A stretch of DNA of 64,000 nucleotides from Octopus bimaculoides. Lineage: Eukaryota. Within the stretch, counting starts at the first letter, position 1, and each line of letters begins with the position of its first letter. A program made the position numbers and the translations under genes. The notes beneath the pieces were generated by a model that did not search any database, was not told where the DNA came from, and saw only the letters and a list, made by a program, of their open reading frames with translations. The DNA lies in contig NC_068981.1 of the NCBI RefSeq assembly GCF_001194135.2, positions 81,242,564 through 81,306,563 of the forward strand, in the 5' to 3' direction. Below are positions 13,016 through 25,651 of the stretch, piece by piece.

Positions 13016-14556
13016 CACACATATATATGTATATAATGCAGTATACAAACATGTGTGAAAGCATGTCTACGCGAGCCAGTTGAACCCAATCCGTGTGACT
13101 GAAACAAGGTAACCGGAAACTGTGCGGAATCTTGCTGAGTGAACTATACCTTACATCAGTTTAATATGATCATCTGGTCATTTAGTGCCTCGCAAGCATT
13201 CGGGCTTGGTCTCCAGTTTTATGATAACAAAAAGAGCTGTGATTTCTTCCCTTCTTTCTCTACTAGTCTCAGAAATCCAGAAAAAAGCAATGGGTGCTGC
13301 CCTGCCTCATTAGTCTAAACAATAATAGAAATGAAGGAAAAAAAAAAAACAGCTACGTATATGAAAATATTTGGTAAGGCCTCACTGAATTTACTAGGTA
13401 TCTTCATCCTTTCGCTCAAGTTTAATAAAGCCAACTGGGAGTAGGAACTGGGTCGAAGTAACGACTCCCTTTTTAATAGTTCTCCAAATGTAGTTATAGC
13501 ACGCTCATGCACAGATATTTAATACACACATGCATTTTAATTGGTACTGATATGTAAACAAACATACATATATACACATATTTATAAGACTGGGTGTAGC
13601 CCGTTGGTTATTTTTATTAGTAACAATGAAGAAAACATTATCCAGAGTTATTTTCTCGTCTTAACATGCCATTAGGCATGACAAGTGTCATATAACATTT
13701 GCCTTTATCTAATTTATCTTAATGTTTACACATAGTTATCTTTTATATATATACGTGTGTATGTGTGTGTGTGTGGTACTAATTCCAAAACAAACTGGCT
13801 TTCAATTTTTAAACTTTAGAGAATCACAACTAAGGAATACGTGTGTAGTAAAATTCATGTTTTACTACTAATAGTAGTGTTTTTATAATGGTAATTTCTT
13901 TGTCATAAGGACGAGAGAGAGAGAACATGAGAACAAACTACAAAAAAAATACTGGAATTTAAATGGAATTCCGAGTTCCCAAGCAGCATAATAACAATTA
14001 TATTGAATACTTTGTCGAACCAAATCTGTTTTATCCGGCTGCTTTCACCTTTTATGCCTCTAACGCCATATTTCTGTCATATATATATATATATATATAT
14101 ATATANNNNNNNNNNTCCAAAATTACAGGTAAAAACTCAATTAAAATCAATTTATTAAAAATTAAAATTAAATTAAATTTCACAGTATAAGTTTCTTTTC
14201 CCTAATACTATATATTTATATATAGCCCTTTTAAAATTCATCTTTTGTTAGGATCAATATCTTAATCGACTCTCAGCATACATGCATATATTGCAAGCGA
14301 AGAGAATAAACCTACGTAAACAACAAACAGAAATTCCATAAACACAAACATACACGCATACATATATAATTCTTTTTTTGGAATGGTGGATCTCGAAGTA
14401 AATAAAACTATAAAAATAGCATGTAAATAATCCCTTTGGATAAAAAAAAAGTCGAAGGCTACACATCTACATTATATACATCAGAGACGTGTATATCTAA
14501 GTATGGTGTGTATATATATATATATATTAATTTATTTATATAAGGGCATTACTATA

Positions 14557-14662
14557 CAAGAATGCCTCACGCTAAGAGGGACTCTAGGGTTAAACTACCA
14601 TAATAAGCGTGTTTATTATGGTAGTTTGACCTTATAGTCCCTCTTAGCGTGAGGCATTCTTG
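14557..14662. repeat. 106-nt palindrome (50-bp arms, 6-nt loop)
   Basis: Arms 14557-14606 and 14613-14662 differ at 3 of 50 positions. Confidence 0.95.
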
Positions 14663-15904
14663 NNNNNNNNNNNNNNNNNNNNNNNNNNNNNNNNNNNNNN
14701 NNNNNNNNNNNNNNNNNNNNNNNNNNNNNNNNNNNNNNNNNNNNNNNNNNNNNNNNNNNNNNNNNNNNNNNNNNNNNNNNNNNNNNNNNNNNNNNNNNNN
14801 NNNNNNNNNNNNNNNNNNNNNNNNNNNNNNNNNNNNNNNNNTATATATATATATATATATATCAGAAACGTGTATATGTAAGTACGGTATATATATATAT
14901 GTATATATATACATATGTGTTATTATTATACATTACCTTCGCACAGCTTTTTGTTGTTGGCCAAACGAGGTAAGAAATCATGGGTGCCAAGGAGCGGTAA
15001 GAACTGCAACATTAGAGGGAAAACGTTGCGAATGACTGAAGCAAATTAAACATCCGCCGCTTCTGCCGGTTGTAAGTGGTGAATCTTAAAATGCAGCACT
15101 CTCCCCCGCTGCCTTATGTGAACCCACTACTACAAGACTGCTTAGTGTCTGGTAATATGTGTGTGCAAAATACAATTCAACCAATCCATTTCTTCTGGTC
15201 TTTTTGTTTTTGGTGTTTAACGAAATACAACTGCGTGTGGTGAAAGAGTGTGTGCGTATTTGTGTGTCAGTGAGTTAATATATTTGAATATAGACAATAC
15301 ATATTTGCAGACAGACATACTTATAACATCATCATCAGTTGTAGCAATACCTATTACCGCCACACATTACTTGTCAAAGTTAGTAACTTTGTGTGTGTAT
15401 ATATGTATGTATGTATGTATATCTATCTATCTCATTTCATATTCGAGTCAGTATAGATAGATAGATAAAGAGTAGAGAAGGGGAGGGAGAAAGACAAATA
15501 GAAGGGAAGGGAGAAAAGGCGAATGACAAGCAGAGAAGCAGAAAAAAAGAGTAACAGATAAAACAGCAGAGAAAAAGAAGACAAAACACAGCGGAGAGAG
15601 AGAGAGAGAAAGGAAAAGTGATATAGACAAAGAAAGAAAGGAAAAAGTAATATAGCAGGCTATAGCAGATATAAAGAGCGAGGCTTAAAGGGGACGACTA
15701 CAGCTGATGTGGGACACAGTAGGAATCTGTAGACGATGTCTGGTGACAGTTGAGGATGGTTGTATTATTTAATCCTAAGCGAGCAGGATATATGATACAA
15801 GGTATTCCTACTACGACCATCCTGACGACACTTTAATGTCTTTCTGTAAGGCATTGGGATTATAAGATAAGAGAAATTTGGCTATTTCTCGCAAGCCAAG
15901 CGAC

Positions 15905-16050
15905 CATGGGTAAACTGCGGCCCGCGGGTAAACTGCGGCCCGCGGGACTTTCTGAACGGTACATTTAATTTATCAAGAAAAAAGATAACGTTCATTAAAA
16001 TTATTTTGCTTTTCTTTAAGTTTTTCTCAAAAACGGTTGTCCATGCCTGA
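15905..16050. mobile_element. hAT-like MITE with tandem 18-mer (gggtaaactgcggcccgc x2)
   Basis: Left catgggtaaact and right ggttgtccatgcctg termini; actgcggcccgcggg subterminal motif typical of hAT MITEs. Confidence 0.65.
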
Positions 16051-16079
16051 TTGTATAAGCTCCCTCGTTAGTTCGTTGT

Positions 16080-16285
16080 TGTTGTTAAATCCTAAGCCAG
16101 CACTGAACGAGCGGGTCTATAATCTACGGGCATTCCAGCCGTGATCATCATGTCCTTTTTCGTGATATGTAGGAATTTATAAGGTTTAACGTGTCCTGAT
16201 AAGACAGTAGGATGCGAGCGGGGGGGGGGGATTTGGCTGTTATTTCTAGCAGACTATGTAGAGGCTCTCTCGTTGACTCCTCTTC
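16080..16285 (-). mobile_element. SINE-like family D ((CAA)n tail; ctgctagaaatagcagccaaatc motif)
   Basis: Motif recurs near 5.1, 5.3, 15.9, 16.9, 17.1, 23.1 and 60.3 kb. Confidence 0.7.
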
Positions 16286-17927
16286 GGTTCAGGAAGATAA
16301 AAAGGAACAACAACAAAAAACAAGTATAAAGATTGAGGCGTTAGAGATGGGAGTCAGAAAAATAGGAATGGGTTATAACGTGCATTGGAGAGAGAGAATA
16401 GAAATAGAGTAAAACAGATGGAGAGACAGAAATGAAAAAAAAAAATGGACAGTGGAAGTGGAGGAAGAAGAAAAAGAAAAATAATTACGAGGAGTGGAGA
16501 AAGAATTATAATGAGTCAACAACAGTAGGATTGTTGTAGACAGTAGTGATTGTGAGAAGGTAGAGGGAGAAATAATAATAATATAGAGGGGAAAGACACA
16601 GAAGTTAGCGCATGAGCTAGTATTCAACTGACTTAAGTCACTTTCCATTGATTTTCATAATTATAATAAAAATAAACAAGTATCTGACACATTTATTGAA
16701 AGATGCTTCAGTGATGTAGTTGTAGTGGTGGTGGTACTTTTCTTATAGACCTTGTTCTCTTACTAATTATCAACTTAATTGCCTGTTATTATGATTATTT
16801 GCATACATAACAGAGGTGATTTCGCTACCACCGCGATGAAGAGTTTATACAGCCGCGCTGGACTTGCTAGAAATAACAATCAAATCTCAAATCATATCGC
16901 TATTTTTTTAAGGAAGGACACACTGGATAATGTAGCCATTGGTGTACAAAAATTAGGGGATAGTAATTCGTTTCGAAGGCCTTCGATCAGAAATTTGCTC
17001 TCAATGAGCGCAGAGTTGAAAATAAACAGCGGCAACTACAATAACGACATTATTACTATAACTAAGGGAACCTCTCGAGCCAAATTTCTCTCCAAGCATA
17101 AACCCTACCGTTAAAAAAATGGCAGGACATATTGGAAAAGATAGGATGGTCACCATTGGAACAACTTTGTTCTGGAGTTAATAACAATCGTATCACACAT
17201 CATAAACAATACATTAATCCTTTGCCTTTGAAACACAGGACATTTTCCGGCGTGCACACATGAAATGACGCAAATAACAATTTTTTAAAACCACTACAGG
17301 AACTATGAGAAAAGCTTTATAATTACTCAGAACGCATGAAACAAGGGGATGACTAAAAGTTTGAAAACAAACAAACACATTTAAGACAAATTTATGAAAA
17401 TGCTTGAGACAGGCAAAGCATTAAATCAAGCTGAAGTCAACATTGTCTTTTAACCCCTCTGACATTAATAAAATAAGGGCCCATAAATAAGCACTTAAAG
17501 GATGAATGGTGATTAAATCAACCATACGCTTCCACAAAATGAAGACCAAGTGCCAATGTTAACAATTATAATTTTCTGATACGTTAACAGGGTTTAACTT
17601 TAATGCATTCACTGTACAATACTATATATAGTACAGTATACAGAGTATTTGAAATCACGGCACAAGATCGAAACTAGTACGGCTAATTGATTCCTCAATG
17701 AGGATATTATAACAAAGGGGAGGTGTTTACATCCATTTACATATAGTTTGGGTTTAAAACTCAATAGATAGGCGCAGAAATAGCTGTGTGGTTAAGAAAC
17801 TCGCTTTGTGACCACATTCTATTATAGGCCCCAAACAGACGAGTGCCTTATGAATGAATTTGGCGGCGGAAACTGTATGAAAGTCCTTTGTGTGTGTGTG
17901 TGTGTGTGTACACACACATACCGTTAA

Positions 17928-18255
17928 GGCGCATGGCTCAGTGGTTAGAGCGTCAAGCTAAAGATCGTGGGGTTGTGAGTTCGATTCCCGGACCAGGCTG
18001 CGTGTTGTGTTCTTGAGCAAGACACTTTATTTCACGTTGCTCCAGTTAACTCAGCTGTAGAAATGAGTTGCGACATCACTGATGCCAAGCTGTATCGGCC
18101 TTTGCCTTTCCTTTGGATAACATCAGTGGTGTGAAGAGGGGAGGCTGGTATGCATGGGCGACTGCTGGCCTTCCACAAACAACCTTGCCCGGACTTGTGC
18201 CTCGGAGGGTAACTTCCTAGATACAATCACATGGTCATTCATGAATGAAAGGGGT
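17928..18255 (+). mobile_element. tRNA-derived CORE-type SINE
   Basis: A box tggctcagtgg, B box gagttcgattccc, then tgtgttcttgagcaagacactt...cagttaactcagctgtagaaatgag resembling the MIR/CORE domain. Confidence 0.85.
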
Positions 18256-18299
18256 CTCCTCATAAAAATACAGGAGTAAGCACATAAATGTGAAACAAT

Positions 18300-18452
18300 G
18301 TGGAAAGAAGAGTACTCAAATACCAGAGGTAGAGTAATATGCTTTATTAAAAGCAGCAGAAATATCACAAAAGCTGTTACTCAGAGTTTCACGTTCCCAT
18401 TCTAACAAATCTGTCCGATGAACGGGAACATGAAACTCTTGGACTAACATTT
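18300..18452. repeat. Penelope-type terminal fragment with 16-bp inverted repeat
   Basis: agagtttcacgttccc (18383-18398) / gggaacatgaaactct (18424-18439). Confidence 0.5.
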
Positions 18453-18889
18453 TNNNNNNNNNNNNNNNNNNNNNNNNNNNNNNNNNNNNNNNNNNNNNNN
18501 NNNNNNNNNNNNNNNNNNNNNNNNNNNNNNNNNNNNNNNNNNNNNNNNNNNNNNNNNNNNNNNNNNNNNNNNNNNNNNNNNNNNNNNNNNNNNNNNNNNN
18601 NNNNNNNNNNNNNNNNNNNNNNNNNNNNNNNNNNNNNNNNNNNNNNNNNNNNNNNNNNNNNNNNNNNNNNNNNNNNNNNNNNNNNNNNNNNNNNNNNNNN
18701 NNNNNNNNNNNNNNNNNNNNNNNNNNNNNNNNNNNNNNNNNNNNNNNNNNNNNNNNNNNNNNNNNNNNNNNNNNNNNNNNNNNNNNNNNNNNNNNNNNNN
18801 NNNNNNNNNNNNNNNNNNNNNNNNNNNNNNNNNNNNNNNNNNNNNNNNNNNNNNNNNNNNNNNNNNNNNNNNNNNNNNNNNNNNNNNNN

Positions 18890-19240
18890 GTCGTTGGTCC
18901 GTCTCAGTAATAATTTTGTTATTTAGCCTCAAATCAACCCTGATACAGCAAACCTATGTTGCTATAAAAACATCTTTGGTTATTAAAGAAGAGTTTTGTT
19001 AAGGAAGTGGACCCGGATGCTGTTGTTCACAAACAACAGCAGTAATTTTCTTCAGCTGAATACAGGTCATTGATTGGTTAAAATTACCCAAATACGACAA
19101 CTTTAACATGAAATAACTTCTGAAATACAAAGTTTTGTCAAAAACGTTAAGAGTAAACCCTGTTCTATGTGACACATTCTACCAGTATCTGAAGTTTCAA
19201 AGTGTTTAGTTTTAAAAAATTAAAAAATCTGTCGGTCAGC
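18890..19240 (+). repeat. Third copy of the 4.7/5.6 kb composite repeat, without the TTAA MITE
   Basis: Colinear with 5600-6205; empty site ggttattaaagaag. Confidence 0.9.
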
Positions 19241-19364
19241 AACTTAGAATTGAAACTAGTTCGCTTGGTTTCTACTTGTCTGTTGACGATAGTGTTGTTC
19301 AATAAAGACACGGTGTTTATATCTGCTAAAAATCTATTGAAATTACAATGGAGGAAAATTATTG

Positions 19365-19510
19365 GCTTCCATTTTGGCACAAGGCAAGCAATTTCAGGGA
19401 ACGGGTTAAATCGATTAAATCGACCCCGGTGGCAGTTGAACGTAAAGACGGACGAAATGCCACTAAGCATTTTACTCAGCGTGCAAACGATTCTTCCAGC
19501 TCGCTGCTTC
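19365..19510 (-). mobile_element. SINE family C, internally deleted
   Basis: ttggcacaaggcaagc...gaacgtaaagacggacgaaatgcc...gattcttccagctcgc. Confidence 0.85.
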
Positions 19511-20558
19511 ACAGTGTAGGAATATTATTAACATGTAGAATGGCCGCAGTCGAATGACTGAAACAAGTAAAAGAAAAGATAAAAGTAAAAAAAAAGGTCA
19601 AATTATATCTATCTGAAACAGTGTTCTCCCGAACACTGCCATCTCCGTACTTACAACTGTTCACACACAGCACCCAATGCCTGAACCAAAAGAATTTATG
19701 ATAAATTCTAGTTCCAGTCCTTCCTCCTTCTCCGCCTGCACATGCTCATTCATTCACTCAGTCGTTTAAATAGAAGCACATGCATTAAGACGACACACAA
19801 ATACACAAGTTGGGCGTAATAAACACGAGCACGTAACATTACAATACATAGCAAAGAGAGAAAAATAAAAAGTGGTTGTGTATCACGCATAGAAATCTTG
19901 AACTGGAGGTTCAAATTACGTGTCATCGAACTGAAGATGGAGAAAATTCAAACAAAATGTTCAATATTCACAATGGGGACTTGAATAATGATTACTAAAG
20001 AGGACATGCGACAAACACCAGAGAAAGCAGTTAAAAACATTAGAGAAATAAAATTACTCCAACACACTGCCAGTATTAATGAAAGCTTTTCGGTAACAAG
20101 ATATGTCATTTTATGTTGCAATATGAGGACATTAAAAAAATGATAGTACACAAGAGAATTAAGACTGCATAAGCAACTAACTTCTTAGGTGGAGGACAAT
20201 AACATCTTTTAAAGCTTTTTAATGTTTGGGCCATTTGCTTATATTGGATCCCGAATCCTTCATCAAACGAGACAAAGTAAATGACTTCCTATTGTCAGCT
20301 TAGTTACTTCATAATGTGTGTCAAGTATATATATATATATATATACGCACAGACATATACATACATATACACATATGATAGCTGATATGTTGGTTCCTTT
20401 CTCCAGTCACACTTTACATCGAATAAAAAGAGAGGACAAAATAAAAGAGAAATGCAGAGAGTTGACTTGAAAGCTGGATGGGTGCACATACTAGGGTTGA
20501 TGGCAGACAAAGAGTTAAGGAAGGCTATACATACCGAAAGAGAGAAAGAATCATAGAG

Positions 20559-20771
20559 ACTGAGGAGGGAAGGTGCCTATGGGAGTAAGGGCCCGGTGGT
20601 AATCTATATATGTTGAGGTTTTGCTATCAATAAATAAAAACTATAGGCCCAGTGCATTGCTTTGTCTAGGGTTCTATAAAACTGTTAAAACAACACCGAT
20701 GACAAGTATACCGATTGAGTTGAGGTTGAAATGATATATATAGAGTCAACAAGTTTAGAACAGCTGAGACG
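20559..20771 (+). repeat. 213-bp segment duplicated exactly at 21222-21434
   Basis: No mismatch found by eye; offset 663 bp. Confidence 0.95.
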
Positions 20772-21094
20772 ATTGTAATATTAGAAGTGTCAGAGCGAAG
20801 ACACAGCTTGACAGTCAAGTTTGTCATTTAAACCAAGTAGGTGGACATTTTACAACGTTGTCTAAGTATGTGAATATATGTTGAGTATGTGTTACAAAAG
20901 AAAGTACTACTCCGGTGTAGAGCATACTTGTGTCTTGCATTAAAGTCAACAACTAAGAAGTTGAACCTCAACTTACGGTTGGATAATTTTTTTGAAGGAG
21001 ATGATTAGCATTAAATTAACTCCATATTTAATATGCGCATTTTCCCTTGTCAAAATCAAGTGTTTGTGTGTGTGTGTTGATTGACTATTTCTTT

Positions 21095-21672
21095 AACTAG
21101 TTTTAGTCACTTGACTGCGGGTATGCTGGAGTACTGCCTTGAAGGGCTTAGTCGAACAAACTGACTCCAGTACTTTTAATTTTTAAATCCTGGTACATAT
21201 TGTATTGGTCTATTTTGCCGAACTGAGGAGGGAAGGTGCCTATGGGAGTAAGGGCCCGGTGGTAATCTATATATGTTGAGGTTTTGCTATCAATAAATAA
21301 AAACTATAGGCCCAGTGCATTGCTTTGTCTAGGGTTCTATAAAACTGTTAAAACAACACCGATGACAAGTATACCGATTGAGTTGAGGTTGAAATGATAT
21401 ATATAGAGTCAACAAGTTTAGAACAGCTGAGACGGAGAAATAAACAAACACACAGATATATGCATACACGTGTGTCTGTGTGTATAGATATATGTATACA
21501 AACACACACACGATGGGCTTTCAGTTTCCATCTACCAAATCCACTCTCAAGGCTTTGGTCGGCTTGAGGTCAAAGTAGAAGAAACTTGCCCAAGGTGCCA
21601 CGCAGTGGAACTGGATCCAAGACTGCATAGTTGGGAAGCAGGTTTGTTACCCATTCAACCATACCTGCGCCT
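21095..21672 (-). mobile_element. SINE family A containing a 213-bp inserted copy of nearby DNA
   Basis: Tail half 21095-21221, head half about 21435-21672. Confidence 0.85.
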
Positions 21673-21794
21673 GAGCGTAGCTCGAAACGTCAAAGACTTT
21701 CTCTATTCCTGAGCGTTAAACTAATACATCCTTTTGTTGTTTACACCATCTGTCCTCGTCTGTTGTTGTTTTTTTCGTAAATTCTCCCATATAT

Positions 21795-21825
<31 letters not shown>

Positions 21826-21878
21826 CATATATATATATAGATACATACATTCGGTTTTTTTATATTCAGTGAGATGTA

Positions 21879-22226
21879 TAGGGTGGTCCGAAAGTCTTGT
21901 CACACCCTACTAAAAAGTAATAAGAACAATAGAGGAACAATATAATAATATCAAACACATGTACTGGTTTTAGTTTATCCATTTTCATTGACACTGACAC
22001 TATCACGCATCGAGAAGGTCTGTATGGACATCATCATTTTCGTAACACAAAATGATGCGGCGCCATGTCCTGTGTGATATTTTATGAAACTGTATTTTGG
22101 TGATTGTTATAAAGGCTGTCCTTCAACAGTTGAGTATTCTGATATCGCACTTGTGAAACTCTCTCCTTCATAATAGAAAATTAAAACAATATTTGTAGGT
22201 GGTGACAAGACTTTCAGACCACCCCG
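21879..22226. mobile_element. Tc1/mariner-type MITE, about 32-bp TIRs, TA target duplication
   Basis: TA|tagggtggtccgaaagtcttgtcac ... gtgacaagactttcagaccaccccg|TA. Confidence 0.88.
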
Positions 22227-22624
22227 TACATGAAAGTTCTTAATTTCGTACCTCAGGATTTTAGTGACACATTAGAATTTTAGTAAGTGTTAGTGACATG
22301 TACGATATCAAGCTGCAAAGTTTTCCCTTCACTCATTTTTATTAAGAAAAATAAATAGTAATATTATTTTTTGTATTATGTTATTATAGACTAATCTGAA
22401 TTTTGGGGGGTAGTGGTTAGTCGACTGGTAATTTTTATGGTAAAGGAGCCCCCCCCCCCACTTTTTTTTCCGAACACAAATAAGGGGTTTGCGGCACATT
22501 AGGAGGTCAGGGTACTTGATTCCATGCAAAAAATCCGAGTTTTTTTTTGTTTTTTTTTTCTTAGTGAAAATCATGCAGATGAAAGTATCAAAATTTACCA
22601 TTATTTTATCAGTCTGAAAAGGAG

Positions 22625-22740
22625 GAAGGGCAGAATTGCCAACGGCGAAATTTGAACTCAGAACAAACGTAAAGCCGGAAGAAATGCTACTAAGTATTTT
22701 TTGCTCGGAGAGCTAACGATCTTGTCAGCTAGCCGCCTTA
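22625..22740 (-). mobile_element. SINE family C head
   Basis: ggcgaaatttgaactcagaac...gctaacgatcttgtcagctagccgcc. Confidence 0.75.
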
Positions 22741-23224
22741 TCAGAAAAATGTATTGGATTATAAGTAGATTATATACCCTTGACGCCAGTTGTGCAATTT
22801 TTAAAGATAATTTAAACCTCAATGTAGGCTGAATAATTCTATCCTGTACCTAAACGTATACGACAGAAACGAGGGCACGAAAAATCCAATGAGCTGTTTT
22901 ATTTCCAAGATTAATTTTACATGTTTCATAACAAAGAGTGCTAAGTTACTGAGGAAGTCATTTTTCTTTCCTTAATTATTTATTTAGCTATAGGATGTGA
23001 AAGGAGTGACTATGACCTTTGTGTGCCTCCATCGGTAAGGATGAAAAACATTCCATCCCGTTTTTAAGTATATCAGGGCTACACTTTCCACTGTCTTTAC
23101 TCAAGACAGTGGGAGTCTAATCTGGGTGAAGTTTGGTTGCTATTTCTAGCAGGTCGTTTGACCACATAGAGACACTAGTTAACTTGAAATACTGGGGATG
23201 TTGGGTGAAGCAGTGTTAAATTGC

Positions 23225-23414
23225 GGCGATCTTTCGATACCAGTCCGAAATATCGGCCTTTTCCGTAAAAAGTGATTCACTTTTTTTTTCTATTTAATGT
23301 TGACTTTTCATATTTTCAAGTCATTTAAAAACATAAACACACTATACGATAATGTAATCAGTATGTGTGCGCACAACGAACGGAAGTTATGGGATCTAGT
23401 ACCGAAAGATCGCC
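23225..23414. mobile_element. MITE-like element with 16-bp inverted repeats
   Basis: ggcgatctttcgatac (23225-40) / gtaccgaaagatcgcc (23399-414), 1 mismatch. Confidence 0.55.
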
Positions 23415-24579
23415 TGCAACGGCGTGTGTAAATGCTACTAAGTTATTGGATTAACTTGCCAGGCAAAAAATACTTAGTAGTATTTACACGATAAAGTGTG
23501 TAAGTTATTTTGGATTGTTTTAACTTTCTAACGTGTTTATTGAAAAAAACGTCATACCCATACAGGACACTGACATGTAGTACATGTACAATAAATAGTA
23601 CGACAAATAACACCAGAAAACTAGTATTTTATAATAAAAACTGTTGCCATCAATATATGTTATAAATTGCTCTAAAAATCCACCAGGGAAAGTTACAGGG
23701 AAACATTCGAATAGTTTAGTGTCAAACACAACAATGATACCTAACCACTGTTCGAGAAGTTGGATAATGTAAAGGGATTAGTAAAGTTTGGTAACAAATA
23801 ACTCTAATTTTCGTTGGGGCAACAGGATAGAATTGATGCAAACTGAAAGTAGAAAACCAAGAAATAGCTCTCTGCAAGTTGAAGTCAAATTCTTTTGGTT
23901 GCGAGGAGATAAATGTAGCTTGGCTAAAACCGCCAGACAAGGAACTGCAATTTTGAGGAAGGACAGGCTAAAGAGTTTACAATAAAGTTGGTCATGGGAG
24001 TAAACACAGTAGGCATAGCAGGAGATGAGGAGGGTACATCAGGCGGGCTTGTGGTAGGAAGACAAAGAGAGTGGTGGTAGAAGTGACAGAGGAAGGGCAC
24101 AATGTTTTGGTGCACCAACCACATCAATCACTGAAAGCCTAAAAAGATCATGGGTTTAGGCAGTCAAATTGACCCCATTGCAGGGACATAACCAAACCAA
24201 CACAGGTCATTCATACTCATAAACACACTACAAGCTTCCTCGTTTTTCGTTTACGAAACTTACTCTCAAGGATAGGGGCTACTGTATGTAATAGGAATCC
24301 CAAACTACGCAGTTGAGATGCGAACTTATCCACACAGCTATGTCTATACATGTACAAAATAATTTAAACCTAAATCTTTCTCAGACGACCTAGCAATTTT
24401 TTTCTTGGTAAGTTATATTGTTGGTACTATATTTCATGGATTGTAAGATGCACCTCAATTTTGGCAGGATATTTTAAAAAAGAAATGCACAGACACATAT
24501 ATTAGACAAAATGAGATAACAAAGCCAAAGCTCTGAGGATTTTTGAAGACACTCATAATGATTCACAATTTCACAACTA

Positions 24580-25451
24580 TATATGTGGCCTAAATGCACA
24601 AATCGGCGAAAATGTAACAAATATGGACTTGTTCAGAAACACCCGCGAGTGGGGAACAGTTCTCAAAAATATCTCCCAATTTTTTTTATCCCTAAATTCC
24701 TATGTCCTCGGAATCTACATAGTCCGAGGTATATTTGTAGAGAATTTCATTAAAAAATATCCATTTTCTTGAAAGTTAAGACGAACTGAAGTGGAAGACT
24801 TTGCCCCTAAAATTTTGTATATTCAGAATATACATAATATAACACATATTTGGAGACGATTTCATTAAAAATATCCATTTTTCTGAAAGTTATGATCATC
24901 CAAAGTCGGGGGTGCAGAAATCTGTAGTTATGCCGATTCAAAAATACATAAAATGAGTAGTGCAAGTAAAAAAAGTACGTCAATATGCAGAGGAATATTT
25001 AAAATTTGGATTTATATCGCTATCCACGGATAAACTGTCACCAAGTTATTTATGGGCGAACACTCCGGATCTTGTGAATTTTCCAAAGCCCTCCCCCCAC
25101 ACCTCAGAAAAGATTTTCCTACAAATTTAATCATAATCTTTGCTGGTTGAAAGGTATTTATATAAAATTTCATTTAAAAAAAAAACATTTTCCTAAAAGT
25201 TATGAGGGAAAAACTTGAATCTTGTGAATTTTCTGAAGTCCTCCCCACCCTGTTGCTTTCCAAGCCTTTTTTTTTTTTACATATTCCTTTCCTACACATT
25301 TTGTTACATCCGTTGCACTATTTCTTAAAAACTTTGTTTCCGGGTAATATTATAAACATTAACCAAATTTTGAATAACAAAAATTAAATATCACAAAGGG
25401 GCATGAGGATTTTAGAAATGATTCAGTGGGGCATGGCCAGAATTCGGTTGG
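24580..25451. mobile_element. Non-autonomous DNA-transposon debris with internal subrepeats and a hAT-like right end
   Basis: Repeated ttcattaaaaatatccattt...gaaagtta blocks; terminus ggttgggatccactg. Confidence 0.45.
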
Positions 25452-25651
25452 GATCCACTGCCCTAAACCCTAACCACCGGGTATGCGTATTCTTTACCTT
25501 TGCCGGATAATGCATCACCGTATTACACCACTTAACTTGATTTCCTAGGCCATTTTGGGGCAGAAAAATGCCCTTTATGAACCATCATATATGATAAGTT
25601 ATGTTTTCACAAATCAATAAGGTGGCCTTATTTATTTGGTGTTATTTAAAA

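Noticed and set aside
14480-14900. Diverged ~40-bp repeat either side of the gap
   Set aside because: Short, low complexity and gap-associated; haplotype artefact cannot be excluded.
16779-17114. 111-aa ORF
   Set aside because: Non-ATG start, built largely from family D repeat fragments, no motif.
17928-17997. tRNA gene-like sequence (also 25817-25887)
   Set aside because: A/B boxes present but no closing acceptor stem; each continues into a SINE body.
25460-25476. Telomere-like ccctaaaccctaacc
   Set aside because: Only two imperfect units.
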